Below are positions 1 through 10,887 of a stretch of 64,000 bases of DNA, one piece after another. Each line of letters begins with the position of its first letter. Within the stretch, counting starts at the first letter, position 1. Made by a program: the position numbers and the translations under genes. The notes under the pieces were generated by a model. It worked only from the letters and a program-made list of their open reading frames with translations, was not told where the DNA came from and ran no database searches. The stretch comes from Octopus sinensis (taxonomy: Eukaryota): positions 11,346,001 to 11,410,000 of the forward strand of contig NC_043025.1 of the NCBI RefSeq assembly GCF_006345805.1, read 5' to 3'.

Positions 1-188
1 TGTACCCTGGACGTAATTCTCAGGGAGATTCAGTGTGACAAAGCTGGACCTGTGAAATACAGGTACAACTCATTTTTGCCAGGTGAGTGCACTGTGTACT
101 CAAGGACACAAAACACCACCAGGAATCGAACCATGACCGTACAACCTTCAGACAAATACCCTTACCACTTGGCCACCAAATTCACATA

Positions 189-590
189 TTTTCAATTCAA
201 TTCAATTCAATTTTTATTGGCTCAAAAAGCAAAAGCAAGGCCATGTAAGGGGACAGGGAGGGTGGTCATACAAAGAGAGACTTTGAACCGAGGGGTCGTT
301 GGCATCTTCGCTATCTCATCTGGCAGCTTATTCCACGGATCCGCAACCCAGACGGAGAAAGCCCCTCTCCTTCGATTGAGATGAAATCGTCGCAGATAGA
401 GCTTTTCGGAGTGACCCCGCAGCCAATGCTCTGGAGCAGGAGTGAAGAACAGCTCTTTCGAGAGGTTACACTTTCCACTTATGATGTGAGCAAGAATGAG
501 ATCACCACGGCGGCGGCGTTTTTCGAGAGAATAAAGGTCGAGCATCTTCAGCCTTTCTTCATGAGACAAATTCTTGAGACCAAGAACCAT
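189..590 (-). mobile_element. 5'-truncated CR1-clade LINE 3' end
   Basis: LSHEERLKMLDLYSLEKRRRRGDLI...FS.WV...WNKLP with an (AATTG)n tail. A related copy lies at about 35040-35490 on +. Confidence 0.8.
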
Positions 591-1131
591 GCAGGTAGCC
601 AACTTCTGGACTCTTTTGAGATGATGTATGTATATATACTAAATAACCGCAAACATATAGGCGCAGGAGTGGCTGTGTGGTAAGTAGCTTGCTAACCAAC
701 CACATGGTTCCGGGTTCAGTCCCACTGCGTGGCATCTTGAGCAAGTGTCTTCTGCTATAGCCCTGGGCCGACCAATGCCTTGTGAGTGGATTTGGTAGAC
801 AGAAACTGAAAGAAGCCTGTCGTATATATATATATGTATGTGTGTTTCTGTTTGTCCCCCTAGCATTGCTTAACAACCAATGCTGGTGTGTTTACGTCCC
901 CGTCACTTAGCAGTTCAGCAAAAGAGAACCGATAGAATAAGTACTGGGCTTACAAAAGAATAAGCCCCAGGGTCGATTTGCTCGACTAAAAGGCGGTGCT
1001 CCAGCATGGCCGCAGTCAAATGACTGAAACAAGTAAAAGAGCAAAAGGGATATAAATACCCCCCAACCCCACCCCCACCTCAGTATCAACCCAATACGGG
1101 CCCCAAAAAAGCAAAATATCGGCCAACTCAC

Positions 1132-1432
1132 CACCCATGCGCTGCACACCATTCAGCAGGAAAATCTTCAGATTGTTGGTGCCCTTGATGGGGTCAATGC
1201 CATTCTTTTGTTTAAGGTCAACAAACAGCAGGTAGGTCTTTGCTCGGGGGATCGATAGGATGTCACTGGGTTGCTCCACGTAGCAATATTCCACCCTCAG
1301 GTTCGGCACATTCTGTTTCAGATTCTCTGTCAGTGATTCGTGAAGCTGATAGCGTTGGTCGAAATACAAAGAGCATACCACGTCGTCCAGGTCACTTTGT
1401 CGTATCATCTCCAAGATATTTTCAGAGGAATT
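1132..1432 (-). CDS. Uncharacterised membrane protein, exon 4 (predicted cytoplasmic alpha/beta domain); gene continues left of the window
   Basis: Long pyrimidine tract plus AG acceptor at 1433-1434, donor G|GTGAGT at 1131. The 301-nt exon is open from phase 0 to phase 1: NSSENILEMIRQSDLDDVVCSLYFDQRY...KTYLLFVDLKQK...GVQRMG. Phase matches the upstream exon. Confidence 0.8.
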
Positions 1433-2472
1433 CTAATGAGAGAAACAAAGAAAAAAAGGGAAGAAATAAATAAATCAAATCCAATAATAAATCTGTCTGG
1501 CTGTAGAGGAGATATAGAGAATACCAAACGAGTTCCCTATGGATACCGTATTATTACAACGAGTGGCTTGTAAACGTATCTATCGAGCGAAAGTGAGTTA
1601 GATACGTTTACAAGCCACGAGTTATAATAAATACGGTATCCATAGGTAATCATCATCATCATCATCGTTTAGCGTCCGTTTTCCATGCTAGCATGGGTTG
1701 GACGGTTCAACTGGGGTCTGTGAAGCCAGAAGGCTTCATCAGGCCCAGTCAGATTTGGCAGTGTTTCTACGGCTGGATGCCCTTCCTAACGCCAACCACT
1801 CCGTGAGTGTAGCCTTTCTTCATAAGACAAATGCTTGAGACCAAGGACCATGTGGGTAGCCAGCTTCTGGACTCTTTTGAGATGATGTATGTATATATAT
1901 ATATATAAATAACCGCAAACATATAGGCGCAGGAGTGGCTGTGTGGTAAGTAGCTTGCTAACCAACCACATGGTTCCGGGTTCAGTCCCACTGCATGGCA
2001 TCTTGGGCAAGTGTCTTCTGCTATAGCCCTGGGCCGACCAATGCCTTGTGAGTGGATTTGGTAGACGGAAACTGAAAGAAGCCTGTCGTATATATATATA
2101 TATGTATGTGTGTGTCGCATATATGTATATATATATATATATATGTTTGTGTGTCTGTGTTTGTCCCCCTAGCATTGCTGGTGTGTTTACGTCCCCGTCA
2201 CTTAGCGGTTCGGCAAAAGAGACTGATAGAATAAGTACTGGGCTTACAAAGAATAAGTCCTGGGGTCGATTTGCTCGACTAAAAGCGGTGCTCCAGCATG
2301 GCCGCAGTCAAATGACTGAAACAAGTAAAAGAGAGAGTCGTGATAGGGGTGTCAGAGGAAAACTTGAAAAAGGGACAGACGATATAGACAGTTGATCAGG
2401 AAGGGGTGGAGAGTAACATGGTTGAAGATGGGGGTAAAAAGAGATAGTTTCAATGAAGCGGGCTCAACTCAC

Positions 2473-2633
2473 CTGATTTTGACGTTCAGCTCTTCCCTGA
2501 AATAATCTAAATGGGTTTGTAATATATGTTCTGGGAGTTTCATTTTGCGAGGACCGACAACAGCTCCGCATACAGACCATCACAAGCACCACTTCTAATG
2601 GGATTAACAGCAGCAGGAAAGGGTAGATGGTAT
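2473..2633 (-). CDS. Uncharacterised membrane protein, exon 3 (transmembrane helix)
   Basis: TTTCAG| acceptor and CAG|GTGAGT donor. The 161 nt run from phase 1 to phase 0 and encode (D)TIYPFLLLLIPLEVVLVMVCMRSCCRSS...RQNQ, a hydrophobic helix followed by basic/Cys residues. Confidence 0.8.
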
Positions 2634-2717
2634 CTGAAATACATAACAAAAGCATTCAAGGGGTTGCCGAAAAGTTCCTGGTTTTGGGTAAAAGAAAATA
2701 CTGGAGGATCAGTTTAA

Positions 2718-2938
2718 CCCTTTAGTGTTCACATTATTCTGCCACAATTAATCCTTTTTTATCCACATTGTTTTGAACTAATCATGCATTATCTTGTAGC
2801 TATGAGATTTTGATGAGGTAGCTGTTAATTTTTAAAACGATATTGTAGGGTTGGTCTGAGAGACCAGATAGGGCTAGTTTGAACATAAAACAGGCAGAAT
2901 ACTTTTGGCCGGACATGGCTGGTTTAAATGCTAAAGGG
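2718..2938. mobile_element. piggyBac-like MITE (TTAA|CCCT...AGGG|TTAA)
   Basis: TTAA duplicated at 2714-2717 and 2939-2942; the paralogous empty site is at about 3165-3200. Related or similarly bounded copies at 45204-45395, 45421-45593 and 45657-46108 (with a nested copy at about 45826-46028), and fragments near 32750, 33710 and 55935. Confidence 0.75.
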
Positions 2939-3566
2939 TTAATTATGATTTTATTCAACATATTCTCCTCCCAGATTCACACACATATTGTAGTGGTCCT
3001 TAAGTTTTTCTAAGCCCTGTAAAAGATCTTGGAAGTTTGGGCCTCTAACCAAGCCTTTCACAATACCCTTAAAGATAGGAACTTCTCAGCACCCTCTCAT
3101 CTGTGTGTTTGTGTGTATACAAGGGGGTGCCTAAAAGTTCCTGGCTTTGGGTAACAGAAAATACAGGAGGGTCAGTTTAATTATGATTTTATGCAACATA
3201 TTCCATTCTCTCATTCACACACTTATGTCCACAGTCCTTCAGTTTTTCTAAGACCTGTAAAAGAACTCAGAAAGGTTGGGCCTCCGACCAATGCCTTGTG
3301 AGTGGATTTGGTAGACAGAAACTGAAAGAAGCCTGTCGTATATATGTGTATGTGTGTGTGTGTTTGTCCCCTAGCATTGCTTGACAACCGATGCTGGTGT
3401 GTTTACGTCCCCGTCACTTAGCAGTTCGGCAAAAGAGACCGATAGAATAAGTACTGGGCTTACAAAAAGAATAAGTCTAGGGGTCGATTTGCTCGACTAA
3501 AGGCGGTGCTCCAGCATGGCCGCAGTCAAATGACTGAAACAAGTAAAAGAGTAAAATATTCCTTAC

Positions 3567-4472
3567 CAAAATGAAGAGATGTAGAAATCTGGGGCTTAGG
3601 CTCTGATTGGTGGTTCTGCAGTTTGGCAAACAAGTCGAGAATCCGTTTCTCAGAATTAGACAAGGTTTTCAGAGAAGATTTTAAAGTCTGTGATGAGTTT
3701 TTCTGCATGTGGAGGCTGTTCTGCAAGTACGCACGGCTCAGCTTCACGCTTTCCCGTACGGCTTTCATCTCGTTGCGAGTCGAAGACTTTCTCACGTGGA
3801 GTTTCCGGATGCTTGACTCTTGCCTCACCAAGTTCTCTGTTGTGTATTGAAGCAGTTTGTGCAAAACTTCGATGTTGGACTTCATAGCGAACATACTCCT
3901 TTCGTATAGATCGAGGCGTGCTGCAAACGAGTTAATTAGCTCGTTACTATGCGTTTGCATCTTAACCAACACGTCCATTTTCTTTTCTAGTTCGGCTATT
4001 TTTTCGGCGATCGAAGTCCGACGAAGAATTCGATGCCCTTCGTTTCCGCTTCTTTCTCTTAAAAACTGCAGGGATGATGGTGCGAGTAAAAGTGTTTCTT
4101 GGGATAATTTCGGAAGAAATGGAAGCAATGGAAGAATTGTTGACAAACGAGTCAGAATGCCAGGAAGACATGCACTGGGGTGATGGCACAGGAAGCTCCA
4201 GCATGGACTGGTTAAACAAGACGGAACCAAATTCTGTCATGTTGGCAAAGAACTGTCTTGGATTTGCTCTCTTCTTTCTCTTTGCAGCTGCATGGCGCCA
4301 CTTCTTACTCTCCAGTAATTTTAGCTGCAGGTTGTAGATGCAGTTTTCCAAGTTGTCATCAATGTTGCGACAGGATTTGGAGATGGCATTCCTGAAAACC
4401 ATCCATTCTTTCATCTTGGGGCTGTGGTACCAGTAACTTGAGAGGAACACGAACGCCCATGCTGCCACCGAA
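3567..4472 (-). CDS. Uncharacterised membrane protein, exon 2 (signal-peptide-like segment, ectodomain, coiled coil); contains an apparent frameshift
   Basis: Poly-T/CCAG acceptor at 4473 and G|GTAAGG donor at 3566. It is entered in the frame of ORF 3962-4468 but exits in the frame of ORF 3526-4230. The exon is 906 nt, whereas 905 nt would be phase-consistent. It is repeat-free and coding-like throughout. Confidence 0.65.
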
Positions 4473-5820
4473 CTGGAAAAAAAAAAAAAACCAAAAAAAA
4501 CATTAATAACAATGTATAAAATATTCTTTTACTCTTTTGCTCGACTAAAGGCGGTGCTCCAGCATGGCCGCAGTCGAATGACTGAAACAAGTAAAAGAGT
4601 AAAGAGTAAGAGAGTATTATTATATCTGTACATCAAACAAATCATATAAACCCAATAAAAAGCAGTGATTCAAATTAGGCCAAAAATGTTTCTACGCTCG
4701 ATCGTTTTGGCGATGAAGTCTTTCAGGAAGATGTTCAATGCGTTTTCATGCGCCCCACAAAAAAATTTTTCGAGGGTGTGTACTTGTACTCCCTGTTCCC
4801 GAATCAATGTTGGATGGACAGCAAACTGTATTTGAGGGCCCTTCGTTGGGATTCTAATATAATCAAAAGACCCACCCAGGTCTAACCTGGGTCTAAACAA
4901 CAACAGTAAAGAACACAACTGATAATGTAGTCGTAGTCCTAGATACACTATTCCCGAATAAAAGACGGGTAGATTACAGCTGGAACATGATCATAGGTCT
5001 GCATAATCACGAGTGACCTAGGGCTAAACAACAACAGTAAAGAATACCATTGATAATGTAGTCCTAAATTAAGTACCAGTCATGCACTGGGGGATCGATG
5101 TAATCGACTTAATCCCCTTGTCTGTCCTTGTTTAGCCCCTTGTGGGTAGTAAAGAAATAGGTATTTCGTCTGCCGCTACGTTCTGAGTTCAAATTCCGCC
5201 GAGGTCGACTTTGCCTTTCATCCTTTCGGGGGTCGATTAAATAAGTACCAGTTACGCACTGGGGGATCGATATAATCGACTTAATCCGTTTGTCTGTCCT
5301 TGTTTGTCCCCTCTGCGTTTAGCCCCCTGTGAGCAGTAAAGAAATAAATATTATAGGCCTCAATGCACGGAGTACTATAGTATTTATATATTGACAAAGC
5401 CAGCGTATATGTAGACCAGAATTGGGCGGTTAGGTCCGTGAAGCCTCCGGGCACTGCCCAATGTGGTCATGTCTTAAAATAGTACTGGACACACACATAC
5501 GTAGACCCGAGCTGAATAAGCTTCTATTTGTTGCTCGACTAATTAAAAATAACAGTTAGATCTCTTTCCCTCAAATCACAGCCTACTCTCTTAAAAAGGA
5601 CATATTTGATACATTATGTGTAAATAAAATACAGGATGGTCACAGCTGGAAACCCTTTGATCATAAGTCCGCTAGATCAGGATATGATCTGGATGCTAAA
5701 CAACAGCATTAAGGAATGACACATTAGATAATGTAGGCCTTGATACACTAGGTCCGAAAAAAAAATTAATAGATCACAGCTGGAACATCTTAGATGACAG
5801 ATCTACCAGGTTAGGTCTAA

Positions 5821-6455
5821 CCTAGGGCTAAACAACAACAGTAAAGAACACAACTGATAATGTAGTCCTAGATACACTATTCCTGAATAAAAGACGGGGC
5901 AATCTTTCGTCTCTAGTAGACCTTTCCGTCGATTTCCGTAAGATCGCCAAAGACGGGTAGATTACAGCTGGAACATGATCATAGGTCTGCGTAATCACGA
6001 GTGACCTAGGGCTAAACAACACAAGTAAAGAACACAACGGATAATGTAGTCCTAGATACACTATTCCTGTATAAAAGACGGGGCAATTTTTCGTCTCTAG
6101 TAGACCTTTCCGTCGATTTCCGTAAGATCGTCAAAGACGGGTAGATTACAGCTGGAACATGATCATAGGTCTGCGTAATCACGAGTGACCTAGGGCTAAA
6201 CAACAACAGTAAAGAACACCATTGATAATGTAGTCCAAGATACACTATTCCTGAATAAAAGACGGGTAGATCACAGCTGGAACATGATCATAGGTCTGCG
6301 TAATCACGAGTGACCTGGGGCTAAACAACACCAGTAAAGAACACATTAGATAATGTAGTCCTAGATACACTATTCCTGAATAAAAGACGGGTAGATCACA
6401 GCTGGAACATGATCATAGGTCTGCTTAACCACGAGTTACCTAGGGCTAAACAAGG
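5821..6455. repeat. Tandem array of a ~125-bp unit (two units expanded by a 59-bp insertion); further units at 4880-5065
   Basis: The unit CTAGGGCTAAACAACAACAGTAAAGAACAC...GAGTGAC repeats at about 5821, 6004, 6189 and 6314. Confidence 0.9.
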
Positions 6456-6616
6456 ATATATAAATAATATATATATCTACAGACGTTCGTACGAGCTGCA
6501 ACAATAATGTGATTACTAATTAGTAAAAGAAAAATCATTAAGCATCTAATTAGACGAGCAACAGTGCAAATCGGGTGGAATAAATTCAAAAGATGAGGCG
6601 ATCGTTCGAATCTTAC

Positions 6617-6627
6617 CTTGCGTGCAT
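6617..6627 (-). CDS. Putative first coding exon of the minus-strand gene (ATG CAC GCA AG|gtaaga)
   Basis: Strong donor CAAG|GTAAGA at 6616 in unique CpG-rich sequence. Phase 2 joins exon 2 to give MHASSVAAWAFVFLSSYWY, which is signal-peptide-like. Confidence 0.5.
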
Positions 6628-7310
6628 TCGGCGTGTTTTGAAAATGATAACGTAATAAGTGATGACGTAACACGCAGTAAGTGCCTCGCTGTCAGTTCGT
6701 GTTTAAACGACTTGGGAGAAACATGTTCAGACATGAATTTCTGGTTTTCTTTTTGTTTTTTGTTTTGTTTGCGTGTGTGTATGTGTATGCACACACACAC
6801 ACATCGATATGCATATGTGTGTGTGTGTGTGTGTATACTCTTTTACTTGTTTCAGTCATTTGACTGCGGCCATGCTGGAGCACCGCCTTTAGTCGAATCA
6901 AATCGACCCCCCCCCCAGGACTTATTCTTTGTAAGCCTAGTACTTATTCTATCGGTCTCTTTTTGCCGAACCGCTAGGTAATGGGGACGTAAGCACACCA
7001 ACATCGGTTGTCAAGCGATGGTGAGGAAACAAACACAGACTCAAACATATATATGTATATATATGTATGTATAAAAAATACAATACATATATATATATAT
7101 ATATAATATATATATATATATGTATGTATATATGTATGTATATATGTGTATGTATATATGTATGTATATATGTATGTATATATGTATTTATATGTATGTA
7201 TGTATGTATATATGTATGTATGTATAATGTATGTATGTATATATGTATGTATATTATATGTATGTATGTATATATATATGTATGTATGTATGTATATATT
7301 TTTTTGTATG

Positions 7311-7375
<65 letters not shown>

Positions 7376-7730
7376 GTATGTATATATATATGTGTATATA
7401 TATATGTATGTATATATATATGTATATATATATGTGTATATTATATATATTATATATATATGTTGTGTGTGTGTGTATAATATATATATATATATATATA
7501 TTATGTATTTAGGAATGGTCATTTTGCCAGTTTAGCCAATAAGAACACACGCACTATATATTTGGTGTTACTTTGCTTCAGTGTTATTTATTTTTTACAT
7601 TAATCTTAATCTTATTTCGGCCAGAGTTCTTTCGTCACACTCCTGTGACCGCATCAGTGGTCCTTTGCTTTCTTCCTTCTTATTTGTGAGTCTTTCCTTA
7701 CTAACCGTCAGCAAAACAAATATATAAACG

Positions 7731-7782
<52 letters not shown>

Positions 7783-8076
7783 TCGGGCCAACCAAAGCTT
7801 GTGAGTGGATTTGATAGACGGAAACTGAAAGAAGCCTGTCGTATATATATATAGTGTGTGTGTGTGTGTGTGTGTGCAAATGTTTGTGTGTCAATGTTTG
7901 TCCCTCCACCATCACATGACAACTGATGGTGTGCTTACGTCCCAATAACCTAGCGGTTCGGCAAAATAAACCGATAGAATAAATACTAGGCTTACAAAGA
8001 ATGTCCTGTTCGACTAAAGGTAGTGCTCCAGCATGGCCGCAGTCAAATGATTGAAACAAATAAAAGACAGACAGAC

Positions 8077-8111
<35 letters not shown>

Positions 8112-8184
8112 CAGAGAGATAGGTAGATAGATAGATAGATATGTAGATAGACAAACAGACAGAGAGAGATAGATAGACAGACAG

Positions 8185-8248
<64 letters not shown>

Positions 8249-8939
8249 TAGATAGACAGACAGACGGATAGATAGGTAGGTAGATAGATAGATAGATAGA
8301 TAGACAGACAGAGATAGATAGGTAGATAGATAGATAGATAGAGAGACAGAGAGATAGATAGATAGATAGATAGATAGATAAGTTTCTTTATTAGCCACAT
8401 AGGGCTGCACACAGATGGGACAAGTTACAAGGTAGAGCTTTTCTTTTGGGGGATGAAAAAAAAAACAAAAAACAAAGGAAACAAACAAAAATAAAGGTGG
8501 CGTAGGTTTTCGATCAAAAGGGATCGTAAAAGGGAAAAAAAAGAACAAAAAATAAAAATAAAAAAATGAAAAGGAACAAAAGAAAAGAGAAATGAAAAAA
8601 AGGGGGGGGGAGATAGATAGATAGATAGATAGATAGATGTAGATATAAATACACAAATACATATATATGCACATACAAATTCGAAGCTGATAAATTGAAA
8701 TTTAAGGGTAGCTAAAACATTATACACATAATAACACTTCTGCTGTTTGTTGGCCATTTTACGTGCTTATTTCGAAGAATAAAGTATTTTCGAAAATTAT
8801 TATATCTATTTGCCCCCTATTTGATTCTGAAGATTTTTCTCTTGATTGATTTTCGAAACACAAATATTTCGTTGTGGTTATGTTGCATTTTATTTTTATT
8901 TTTACGAAACTTTGCAAAGTTTTGGCCATCATTTTTTTG

Positions 8940-9962
8940 TCTTTCTCTTTTCTACCCTCCCCCTTTCTCTTAGCTTCTGCACTCCCTCTCTCTGTCACAT
9001 CTCCCTCTCTGTTTATCTATCTATCTATCCCTTTTCGATTTACCTCTCCCTCTTTTTTACCTTCTGTCTCTCTCTGCTTCTTTCTCTCGCTGTTTCTAGC
9101 TTTCTTTTCCTCCCCTCTCTCTGCTTTTATCTCTCTTTCTCCCTTCAATCTCCCCCTCTCTCTCTCTTACTGACTGTCTTTTCTCTCTATCTCCCACTCC
9201 ATCTCGCTCTTTTCTGCTCATGTCTCTATCTTTCTCCTTCTACCTGTCTCTGCCTCCCTCTTCCTCCTCCTTTTTGTAATTCCTTTCCCCCTCTCCTCAT
9301 AACTTTTATCATTCTTTCTCACTCATCCTCTCTGTCTGTTTATCCCTTTCTCTTTCTCTCCTCTCCCACTTTCTCCCTTTACCTTACTCTCTCTCTCTCT
9401 CTTTCTCTCGTTACCTTACTACCTTCTCACTCTCACCCATTCTGTTTTCCCCTGCCTCCTCCACTATTTCTTTTTCTCCCTCCCCTTTTTTCTCCCCTTC
9501 TGTTTGTCTCTCTCTCTCTCTACCTACTTCCCCTCTTTTTCTTGCTCTTCTTTCCGTTACCTTTCTTTCCTCATCCCCACTCTCACTTTCTCTGTTTACC
9601 TTTCTCTTCATCCCCCTCACCCATTCTGTTTTCCCCTGCCTCCTCCACCGTTTCCTTTTCTTTTTCTCCCTCCCCTTCTCTTTGTCTCTCTCTCTCTTTC
9701 TCTCTCTACCTACTTCCCCTCTATTTCTTGCCCTTCTCTCCGTTACCTTTCCTTCCTCTTCCCCACTCTCACTTTCTCCGTTTACCTTTCTCTTCATCCC
9801 CCTCTCTCTCAGTCTTACCAACTCTCTTTCTCCCCCCTCTTTCCCTCCTCCTTCCTTTCTCATCTCTTCCTCTTCCCCACTCCCACTTTCTATTTACCTT
9901 TCTCTTCATCCCCCTCTCTCTCAATCTCCCTCCCTCCCTCTCCTCCTTCCTTTCTCATCTCT
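8940..9962 (+). repeat. ~1-kb polypyrimidine (CT-rich) tract with internal degenerate repeats
   Basis: Almost exclusively C/T on +, with recurring CCCCACTCTCACTTTCTCTGTTTACCTTTCTCTTCATCCCC. Confidence 0.9.
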
Positions 9963-10069
9963 AACAAAAGGAGTCGTCTGCTTGTTCCATTCGCCGAACC
10001 ATTCTTCTCGTCTCCATTTCATATCTGCGACATTGCCAGACATCGACACAGAAAATCCATTCTTCTCAG
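9962..10069 (+). other. HFM1: Putative non-coding first exon (5' UTR) of HFM1
   Basis: Unique, CpG-containing, ATG-free segment ending in CAG|GTAAAC. The exon carrying the HFM1 ATG has a splice acceptor, so an upstream exon is needed. The start coordinate is a guess. Confidence 0.3.
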
Positions 10070-10627
10070 GTAAACCAAAACAATACGACTCCTTCAAAAC
10101 TTTCTCCATTGTTCACGAAAAACTTCTCCTTCATTTATAACCTTTAACTCTTTAGAGAACCCCATTTATGAGGCGACAAAGAGTGCAAGGTGTCGTCCTC
10201 ATGTTCCTGACCAAGAACCTGCCATGATAGTGTAGAACCTCTGAACCAAAGGCTTTTTGCGGTTAATGTTTGTTTACAAGGCGCAGGAGTGGCTGTGTGG
10301 TAAGTAGCTTGCTAACCAACCACATGGTTCCGGGTTCAGTCCCACTGCGTGGCACCTTGGGCAAGTGTCTTCTACTATAGCCCCGGGCCGACCAATGCCT
10401 TGTGAGTGGATTTGGTAGACGGAAACTGAAAGAAGCCCGTTGTATATATGTATATATATGCAGGAGTGGCTGTGTGGTAAGTAGCTTGTTTACCAACCAC
10501 ATGGTTCCGGGTTCAGTCCTACTGCGTGGCATCTTAGGCAAGTGCCTTCTGCTATAGCCCTGGGCTGACCACAGCCTTGTGAGTGGATTTGGTAGACGGA
10601 AACTGAAAGAAGCCCGTCGTATATATG

Positions 10628-10658
<31 letters not shown>

Positions 10659-10850
10659 TTGTCCCCCTAGCATTGCTTGACAACCGATGCTGGTGTGTTT
10701 AGGTCCCCGTTACTTAGCCAACCACATGGTTCCAGGTTCAGTCCCACTGCGTGGCATCTTGGGCAAGTGTCTTCTACTATAGCCCCGGGCCAACCAATGC
10801 CTTGAGTGGATTTGGTAGACGGAAACTGAAAGAAGCCCGTCGTGTATATG

Positions 10851-10887
<37 letters not shown>

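Noticed and set aside
3700-3800. NEMKAVRESVKLSRAYL resembles the SUCO/SLP1 coiled-coil motif (NRIKALE.NMSLSGRYL)
   Set aside because: A short match within a coiled coil, with no SUN domain in the reconstructed protein; not enough to name the gene.
4055-4070. Programmed ribosomal frameshift at GTTTTTAAG
   Set aside because: A +1 shift is needed, and there is no canonical slippery heptamer or evident stimulator; an indel or intron is more parsimonious.
5821-6455. Regular repeat array resembling CRISPR
   Set aside because: Whole units are repeated with no unique spacers, the context is eukaryotic, and there are no cas genes.
8820-8880. CTGAAGA...CGAAAC
   Set aside because: Stem II cannot pair and there is no stem III.
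8846-10140. 372-aa Leu/Ser/Phe/Pro-rich ORF resembling a multi-pass membrane protein
   Set aside because: Product of the CT-rich tract; no splice or family evidence.
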